Assembly (NCBI GenBank): GCA_021787565.1
Contig: JAJYLT010000012.1
Location: forward strand, 28,166-92,165
Origin: Acidobacteriota bacterium
GTDB taxonomy: Bacteria; Acidobacteriota; UBA4820; DSQY01
DNA: 64,000 bases
Reading direction: 5' to 3'
A program made the position numbers and the translations under genes. Shown piece by piece: positions 1-8,900 of the stretch. Within the stretch, counting starts at the first letter, position 1. Every line of letters starts with the position of its first letter. The notes beneath the pieces were generated by a model, which did not search any database, had not been told where the DNA came from, and worked only from the letters and a program-made list of their open reading frames with translations.

Positions 1-26
1 TTCATGCGGGTCTCCTCAAAGGGACT

Positions 27-989
27 TCACGAGGGAGGGGTCAGCCGGATGCGCCGCAGGATGGCCGGGATGTCGCGCGGGTAGGCGTGGATCCAGAGGA
101 CCGCCAGGCCGAGGTGCTCGAAGGCGTCCCAGACGGCGCGGCGCGAGGCCGAGTAGCGGATGGCCTCGCGGCTGTCGCCGGGGAGGGGCGCGGGCGGCTT
201 GAGCAGGATGAAGTGGCGGTTGGGGACGGCGAGCTTGCGGGCCAGATCGATCAGCCGCCGCAGGTTCGGGTCCTCCCCCGAGGTGCCGATGAAGAGGCAG
301 GTGGTCCTGGCCAGGAGGTCGATGAAGACGTGGTCCGTCCAGTGGTACGGCTGGTGCAGCCGGTCGTGGTAGTCGTCCTCCGAGAAGATAAGGCTGGTGG
401 AGCGCCGGAGGGAGGGGTCGGCGGGCAGGAACCCGTGGGTGTGGTAGATGGGGATCCGGCAGCGGGGGATCTGGATCGGGGCCTCGAAGATACTCCGGTA
501 GCGCCCCGCTACGCCGAGGCGCTGGGCGAAGGTCTCCAGGAGGTCGTCGAAGTTCAGGGTCAGGATCGCACAGAGGCGCTCCATCGCCAGGATCTCCCGC
601 ACCGTGCCGGAGAGCCGGGGCGGCCGCTGGTAGAGGGCCTTGCGGACCTCGTCCAGGAACCGGTCGCCCAGCTTCGCCTTGACGTAGCGGACGATCATGG
701 GCCGGACGCGCTCCTTGAGGGTGGCCTCGATGTCCCGCACGTGGAGCGGCGCCTCCTCCGGCCCCACGGCGTCGTACAGCCCGGCCAGCGAGCTGCGCAG
801 GAGGCTCCGGGTGAGCTCCTCCCACATGGGCACGCCGCAGGCCTTGGAGACCCCGGCCCCGAGGACGAGGCTGAGCCGGCCCTCCCGGTAGGCCTCCTGG
901 AGGGCCTGAAGCTCGGGAGCGTTCCACTCCCGCTCCTTCTCGACCTCGCGCTCGGCCAGCGCCTTGCGCCTGGCGGATGGTTCAGCCAC
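27..989 (-). CDS. SIR2-like domain protein (SIR2_2/PF13289-type; candidate NADase defence effector)
   Basis: Motifs LVLGAGVSKACGVPMWEEL (GAGxS NAD-binding loop), LNFDDLLE, IYHTHG match the SIR2_2 family. Overlaps the upstream symporter by 8 bp. A further minus-strand gene starts at nt 5 with a GGAGG RBS. Confidence 0.6.
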   Translation of the reverse strand: MAEPSARRKALAEREVEKEREWNAPELQALQEAYREGRLSLVLGAGVSKACGVPMWEELTRSLLRSSLAGLYDAVGPEEAPLHVRDIEATLKERVRPMIVRYVKAKLGDRFLDEVRKALYQRPPRLSGTVREILAMERLCAILTLNFDDLLETFAQRLGVAGRYRSIFEAPIQIPRCRIPIYHTHGFLPADPSLRRSTSLIFSEDDYHDRLHQPYHWTDHVFIDLLARTTCLFIGTSGEDPNLRRLIDLARKLAVPNRHFILLKPPAPLPGDSREAIRYSASRRAVWDAFEHLGLAVLWIHAYPRDIPAILRRIRLTPPS

Positions 990-2326
990 CGGCCTCCTCC
1001 AGCCGCCCCTCCCAGAGGTAGGTCCGCGTCTCGGCCACCAGCACGCCGCTCAGCGCCAGGAGGGAGACGAGGTTTGGCACCGCCATGAGGGCGTTGGCGA
1101 TGTCCGCGAAGGACCAGACCAGGGGCAGGGTGGCCACCGAACCGAGGAGAACCGCCCCCACCCAGAGCAGGCGGTAGGGGAAGATCACCTTCGGGCCGAA
1201 GAGGTACTCGGCGGCCTTCTCGCCGTAGTAGGACCAGCCCAGGATCGTGGAGAAGACGAAGGTGAGCAGGGCGAAGGTCAGGAGGTAGGGGCCGATGGCC
1301 GAAAGGTCCTGGAAGGCGCTGCGCGTGAGGGCGGCCCCCTGCAGCCCCTTGGTCCAATCGGCGGAGATCACCAGGACCAGCCCCGTCATGCCGCAGACCA
1401 CCACCGTGTCCCAGAAGGTGCCGGTGGAGGAGACGAGGGCCTGGCGGACGGGGTTCTTGGTCTGCGCCGCCGCGGCCACGATGGGGGCGCTGCCCAGCCC
1501 GGACTCGTTGGAGAACAGCCCCCTCGCGATGCCGAAGCGCATGGCCTGGAGCACCCCCGCCCCGAGGAAGCCGCCGGCTGCGGCCTGGGCCGTGAAGGCG
1601 TCCTTCACGATGAGCAGGATGGTGGCCGGAATCTCCGGGGCGTGCATGATCAGGATGAAGGCGCAGCCGATGATGTAGACGAGGGCCATGACGGGGACGA
1701 GCGCCTCGCAGACGCGGGCGATGGATTGGATCCCGCCGAGGATGACCACGGCCGTGAGCACCGTCATGGCCGTGCCGGTGACCCACGGCGAGAGGGAGAA
1801 GGTCTCCTTCGCCAGGGTGGCGATGGAGTTGGCCTGCACCATGTTGCCGATGCCGAAGGCGGCGAAGGCCGTCAGGGCGGCGAAGATCAGCCCCAGCCAG
1901 CGGGCCTTCATGCCCCGTTCGAGCACGTACATGGGGCCGCCCGCCATGGAGCCGTTGGGCATCGTCACGCGGTACTTGACGGAGAGGAGCGCCTCGGAGT
2001 ACTTCGTCGCGATGCCAAAGACCCCCGTCAGCCACATCCAGAGCACGGCCCCTGGCCCTCCGGCCGCCACGGCCGTGGCCACGCCCACGATGTTGCCCGT
2101 GCCGATGGTGGCCGCCAGCGCGGTGGTGAGCGCGCCGAACTGGCTCACGTCCCCCTCGCCCTCCCGGCCGCGGCCGAGGGAGAGGCGGATCCCCTTGAAG
2201 GTGTAGCGCTGGACGAAGCGGAGCCGGAAGGTGAGGTAGAGGTGCGTCCCGAAGAGGAGGATGAGCATGGGGGGGCCCCACACCTGGTTGCTCACCGCCC
2301 CCGCCAGTTTCTCCAGGGCTTCCATT
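982..2326 (-). CDS. Na+/alanine (amino acid) symporter, AGCS family
   Basis: N-terminus MEALEKLAGAVSNQVWGPPMLILLFGTHLYLTFRL, multiple TM segments, and a TALAATIGTGNIVGVATAV motif typical of AGCS. Confidence 0.8.
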
Positions 2327-2404
2327 CCGCTCCTCTCCCGGCCCGACGCGCCGCCCGCCCATCCTCGCATCGGGGCCAGCCCCCGGTCAAGGAAAGGAGG
2401 GGGA

Positions 2405-2556
2405 CCCCAATTCCGCGATAGCGGCTCAACGCCTGCGTAGGAGCGGCGCCTCGCCGCGAACCGGGTGACCCTGCGACCAGGATGCGGTGCCCGCGTACGG
2501 TCCGTCGCGCCGGGGGCGGCGCTCCTACGAGTGCAATTCCATCGCGGAATTTGGGG
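2405..2556 (-). repeat. 150-bp REPIN-like element copy 1 (two inverted REP-like GTAGGAGCG hairpins)
   Basis: Near-identical to 19540-19689 and 28007-28158 in inverted orientation. Termini ccccaa(a)ttccgcgat... are inverted repeats, and the internal sequence GTAGGAGCGCCGCCCCCGGCGCGAC forms a hairpin. Confidence 0.7.
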
Positions 2557-2901
2557 AGGAGAAGAGCGGAGCGAAAGACGGGGTCAGGAGTGAAAAGAGA
2601 CAGCGGCACCACCAAGCCATGCGGCAGGCCGATATGGCCGTGGGTGTCGGGATGGCGTGCCATGCTGACGTGAGAACGCCGTGCTCGCGCCCACGCGGCG
2701 CGGTCACGTGGCGGGCGGCTTATGGCAGGACGGAAGCAAGGCCGGCCGAAGCCAGCGTAACGAACCGACCGGGAACTCCGTTCTGTGTACGGTGTCATGT
2801 CATGCCGGGTGCCGGAACGGCACGGCCGTTGCCAATGGGCTTCCTTGGCATTGAAGGAATGGGGAAGTCTGCGGCCTGCCCGGAAGCTCCCCGTATCTTG
2901 A

Positions 2902-5900
2902 GTGACGCCGGGCGGCATGGACGAGTCGGAGAGAGGGGGGTTCACCATGGCAATGGGGAAGGGCTGGACGGCGCGTGGCAGCGCGCGGGCGGTGGCGTGC
3001 ATCTGCTGCATGGTGGCGTCGATGGCCGGCGTCAGCGCGTGGGGGCAGCAGGCGCTCTCGTTTGTCGAGAGCGCTCCTGGGTTTCAAGCGGTCATGCCGT
3101 ATCAAAATTTCGGCAATGGAGAACACATCAACATCGGAAATGGCGGACTGACAGTCATCCATCCTTCGGCCATTTCGCTGCCGCAGAACATGGGCCAGGT
3201 GCTCCGTCCCACGCGCGTATACAACAGCAAGAACCCCAACCTGCCCTTTGGGGTCGATATCGATGATAATTTCAACTACCAGGCGGACCTCCCGTACGGT
3301 CCTCTCGGCATGGGGTGGCAGCTCAACTACGGGCGGGTGTTCTTTCGGATGGGCGAGGCGGACGTTCCCAATACCGGGGCCGGTGCGGAAGGGACAACGG
3401 AAAAAATATCGCTCTGTTTTTATTACTACCAAGACGAGAGTGGCGCCGAACATGAGCTGTATCTGAAGGGGGGCACTGAAAATTACACGGGACCGGGCTC
3501 GAGCAGCCAGAACCCGAACGACTATCCGTGTGCTAATTCGCCGGTGGCCGGAACCTGGTACGTGACGAACGATGGAAGTTACTTGCGAGCGCTCTTTACG
3601 GGAGGGGCGAACGGCGGGACATGGACCATTTATTACCCGGATGGCTCGACGCGGGTTGCGGGGGGAGCGAACGCCTATTTTCAGCCCATTCCAAACGCGG
3701 CGGCTGGAACCGTACACCAGAATGGTGATGGTACGTACTGGTATCAGGCCGGGCTCCAGAACATGCGGACGAATGGTTGGTACGTGACTTCCATCAAAGA
3801 CATCGCGGGCAACACGATTACCCTGAGCTACCTCGCCGCGAACAGCCCCGGCTATCCCGGGTACAATAAGGCTGGTGCCCTTGTTCTTCCCGGGTCCATC
3901 AATCAGATCACGGACGAGTTCAATGTCTCTACTCGCGCTGTCACCTTCCATTACAGCCAGGGACTGCTGTCGAGCATCTCGGCTTACGGATATGGGGGGC
4001 AGGCACTGACGGAGTCGTACACCTATACCACCGGGATTTTCGGCAATCATAATGAGAGCCTGCCCCTGCTCCAGGAAGTCACGACACCAGACGACCTCCA
4101 AACGGTCTACGGGTACACGGCCGTGACCGACGACGCCGGTGTACCATGGATGCTCCTCTCGCAGATCGGCTATCCAACGGGTGCAGTTTCCTCCTACACC
4201 TATGGAACCTGGAGTTTCGAATGGCGCGTACCGGCTGCTATCTTCGAAGCGACGGGGCAGTGGCAGAGCAAGGGGGAAACAGAGGTCGCGGTGACGAGCC
4301 ACACCATCACCCTGGCGCCGCTGAATCTGCCTGAAGGCAGCGGAGGCTTGGGATCACCGAACAACAGCTTGACGTGGACTTATCAATATTACGGGAACAA
4401 CCCGTCAGCGAATCCTCCCGAGAACTATTACTTGAACTACCTGAACCGTTCCGTCAACGATCAACCTATCATGTCCATGCCCGTGCTCGTGACGGATCCG
4501 CTGGGGACTCAGGAGGCCCACTTCATCGCCTTCGGAGATCTCGACAGCTCCGTGAGCACCCTGGTGCCGGCAGGGCACGAAATCGCGGTGATTCGTTACG
4601 CTCAGGGGACGGTCTTTGATCCCAGCAGCGCCACCAGCGTGGAAAACGGGCGGATCTTTGAGAAAGACCTCTATTACTCCTCCGGCTTCGGGGTTCATGA
4701 TAACGAGCGGATGGGGGATGCGGGTTTCTGCGGGGATTATACGGGTGGGGCCGCGCTGACCCCGCTGGACATCATTCCGAACTCGAACCCGCGCATCTGG
4801 AAGGTGGTGGAGACCGAGTATACGCCGGCGTCCGGCTCGCCCGGGACGCCGCAGTGGAGCCGCACCACCCGGCATGCTTTCTGGGACGGGTTCGGCCACT
4901 ATCTGGTGACCGAGGTCGGCCAGACAGCGGACCTGACTGGCACGGGGTCCAGTACCTATCCAGTCATGCGTGTGACAGTGTCCCAATACGCCCTTCAGAC
5001 GGAGGGGAAGACCTCTTACCAGACCAACGAGTTGGTGCAGCAGTACACCGGCGGGAACATGAGCGCCGGTCCCTTTCCGGCCGTCAATGCGCCGCCTGCA
5101 GGAACGACCTCGCTGGCCCTCCTGCAAACGCAGGTGCCCGATTCCGAAGACCAGGCAACGGAATCATCCTCCGGCACCTACTCTATTTCGGAGCCTACGG
5201 GTGGAGGGGGCGGGCTGCGGGCGATCTCCTACACGTACACCACCACGGGTCTCCTCGCCTCCAAGATCGAGTATGAAGCGGTCCAGCATAGCGTCACAGC
5301 GGGGTGGACCCCAGCCACGTCGACCTCTTCCTGGTCCTGGAACATCAGCCCTCCGCAGTCGCCGTCTCCAGAGAATGAAGGCGGGGATGTGACGACCTCC
5401 TATAACTACGATCCCAACGGCAATATCTCTCAGCTCGAGTACTCTCAAACCGGCGACTCCTACACCATGATCTTCGACTGGACAGATGGTGTGGTGAGTT
5501 CTCTCCAATGGAGCCGGAGCGGGTGGCCCGCCGGGCTCTGGACGCGCAAGATCGACCAGTACTCGAGCCTGATCAGGAGCCAGACGGATATCTGTACAAG
5601 CGGCGGACTGACGACCAGCTACGCCTATGATAGTGCCGACCGCCTCTCGATCATCGCACCGCCCGGCGAGTACCCGGTCAATATCGCCTACCCCCCCACG
5701 ACAACGTCGCAGAGTATCGGAAAGGTCCACCAGTGGAACATTGAACACGTTATCGAGTACTACAAGGGCCAGCATGCCATCTCGTCCGGCACCGTCACGG
5801 CGCTGCCCCCCGACGAGAGCCAGCTGGCGACACCCAGCAATTTCGGCCCCCAGGATCTTTACAGCCAGTACACCTTCGACGGCCTGGGGCGGCTGTGGAA

Positions 5901-8900
5901 GACGGACACGGTGCGGCCTGACGGCGGCTGGCGGGAGCAGGTCACCCTCTACGATCCGCTGGGGAGGAAGCTCTTCGCCTCGCTGCCCTACGATCCGGCC
6001 AGTTCGCCCGGAATCAGAACGATAACCTACCCGCTCGCGAGCGGCAGCGCCTTCACCTTCGGCGTGCCGATGGGCACATCGGGCAACGCGCTGGGCACAT
6101 GGGACATGATCCAGTCGGGCAATCCTCTCTCTGGGTGGGGGACGCTGGATCCCTTCTACCGGACGGTGGAGGTGATCCGGCCCGACGGCTCGACCACGAC
6201 CACCACCTACGCCAGCCAGCTTGACTGGACGACCACCATCAACGGCGTCGGCGGCGGAGGGCAGTCCAGCGGTATGGAGTATACGAAGGATATCCTCGGG
6301 GAGCTTCTCACCGCGACCCCCGTGCAGGCGGCCAGCATCGGGGCCAGCGGGACCTATTCCTATGACGGCCTGGGGCATCTCACCAACGTCAGCCTGAGCG
6401 GACAGACGCGAAGCTACCAATACGACGCGCTGGGGCACCTACTCAGCCAAACCAACCCCGAGACGGGGACCATCACCTACGGCAGCTACGACGCCCTGGG
6501 AAACCTTCTGAGCTATACCGACGCCAACGGAAATGCGATCAGCGAGGCCTATGACTTCATGGGGCGTCGCACGAGCGTGAGCAGTAACGGCCAGACCCTG
6601 GCTACGTGGAGCTACGACGGGGGCGGCAGCGGACCCTACGACCGCCTGACCGGGACCGAGACCACCGCGAGCCCTCTCGCGACGCCTCCGCCCTTCGGCA
6701 ACGGCGGTACGGTTACCGAGGCCTTCACTTACGATCCGGCCACCGGCCGGATCGCCGGGAAGAGCGTCTCGTTCAGCCTGGGCAGCCAGATCCCGGCCGA
6801 GAGCTACAGCCTCTCCTACGGATACGACCTGATGGGGAACCTGGCGACGGAGGGTGTGGGGGGATCCAGCTCCTTCGGCTACACCCTCACCTCGGCCTAC
6901 GGGCACGGCGGACTGCTCTCGAAGAGCTTCCAGGACGGACAAGGCGTCTCCGCGATTCAGTACTTTCCTTCGGGGGCGCTCCAGAGCCTCGCCTACACGA
7001 ACGGCACGACCACCTCGTTCGCGCAGGACGCGGTGGAGCGGCTCGACGGGATTGCCGTCGCCAAGGGCTCCTCTTCGCTCTGGTCCACCGGCTCCTACAC
7101 CTACGACGGGGCGGGGAACATCCTCTCGATCGGCTCGGACAGCTTCACCTACGACCTGCTGAGCCGCCTCACCGGCGCGACGGTGAACCACAGGAACCCG
7201 GCGACGGAAGCGGCCGGGTCGGTGCAACTCACGTACGGCTACGACCCCTGGGGGAACCTCACCTCGAGGGTCGCGCAGGTTGTGAACGGCAATAACATGG
7301 ACCCTGGCAGCCCGAACCAGACCACGTTCCTGGGCGAGACGAACTTCACGGCCACGTACAATGCCTCCAACCAGCTCCAGACGCTCAACAACCAGCCGAT
7401 GCCGAGCGGCATCTACGACGCGAACGGGAACCTGACCACGGAAGGCAACAACATCCTCACCTACGACCCGCTGAACCAGGTTCAGCAAGCGGTCACACCG
7501 GGCAGTTCGCAGACGCCCTCCTACAGGGACTACTATTTCTACGATGCCTCAGGCGAGCGCGTGGCTTCGGTCCATACGACCGCCTCGACGAGCCAGTTGA
7601 ACACCGTGACCTACTACGCCCGGACGGGGTCTCAGGTCCTCGCCGAGGAGCACCTGGCGCTGGATGGGAGCACGCCAGCGGACCACGTGAAGGCGTACCT
7701 GTACGTGGGGTCGAACCTGGCCACCTCCGAGGAGGGGGACGTGGGGGGCGCCGGCGGCACCTACAGCATCTCGGGCACCATCACGCTGAACGGCTCGGGG
7801 CTCTCCGGGGTGACGGTCAGCGCCGGGACGGGCGGCACGGCCACTACGGACGGCAATGGCAACTACACCATCAGCAACCTGGCGAACGGCACCTACACGG
7901 TGACGCCGAGCCTGAGCGGGTACACCTTTTCGCCGGCGAGCGCCTCGGAGACGGTGAACGGCGCCAACATCACGGGCGTGAACTTCACGGCTGCGGTGGT
8001 GACCACGACCTACAGCCTCTCGGGCACGGTGACGCTGAACGGCTCGGGGCTCGCCGGGGTGACGGTGAGTGCGGGTTCGGCCTCGGCGCAGACGGACAGC
8101 AGCGGGGTCTACACGATCAGCGGCCTGACGAACGGCACCTATACGGTGGACCCGAGCCTGAGCGGCTACACGTTTTCGCCGGCGAGCGCCTCGGAGACGG
8201 TGAACGGTGCCAACATCACGGGCGTGAACTTCACGGCTGCGGTGGTGACCACGACCTACAGCCTCTCGGGCACGGTGACGCTGAACGGCTCGGGGCTTTC
8301 GGGGGTGACGGTGACGGCCGGGTCCTATTCGGCCTCGACGAACAGCACGGGGGCCTACACGATCAGCGGCCTGGGGAACGGCACCTTCACGGTGACCCCG
8401 AGCCTGAGCGGGTACACCTTCTCCCCGGCCAGCGCCTCGGAGACGGTGAACGGGGCCAACATCACCGGGGTGAACTTCACGGCGAGCGCGGTGATCGGGA
8501 CGACGACGCTCTTCAGCGACGGGTTCGAGGGCAGCGCGTGGTCCACGGCGCAGGTGTCCGGGACCGCGGGTGCCTGGACCATGGTGACCTCCGGGGCCAA
8601 TCCCGGCGCCTCCCCCCATGGGGGCTCTTATATGGCCGATTTCAACTCCCATACCGCCGCCGCGGGAAGCGAGACGCGTCTTTACACGACATCGGGCTTC
8701 GCCATCCCCTCGCAGGCGGGCGCCGTGGTCACGCTGACCTTCTGGATGGATCACGACACGGGCTTTTCGAGTGCGGGCGACGAGGTGCAGGTGCAGGTCT
8801 CCACGAACGGCGGGGGCACCTGGACGGACGTGCCGAACGTGGTGGCGGACGGGTTCTTCCGCGTGAACGGCAGCACGGGCTGGGCCGAGATGAGTCTGGA

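Noticed and set aside
695-2362. 555-aa minus-strand ORF (and the 964-2421 plus-strand ORF) overlapping the symporter gene
   Set aside because: Arg/Gly/Pro-rich, low-complexity translation typical of off-frame ORFs in high-GC DNA. The symporter frame has clear family motifs.
2800-4302. 500-aa ORF antisense to the Rhs N-terminus. The same applies to 4405-5127, 5164-6438, 6439-7488, 7549-8961 and 9124-10689
   Set aside because: All are antisense or off-frame to a gene with strong domain evidence. Compositions are Arg/Pro-rich and there is no domain signal.
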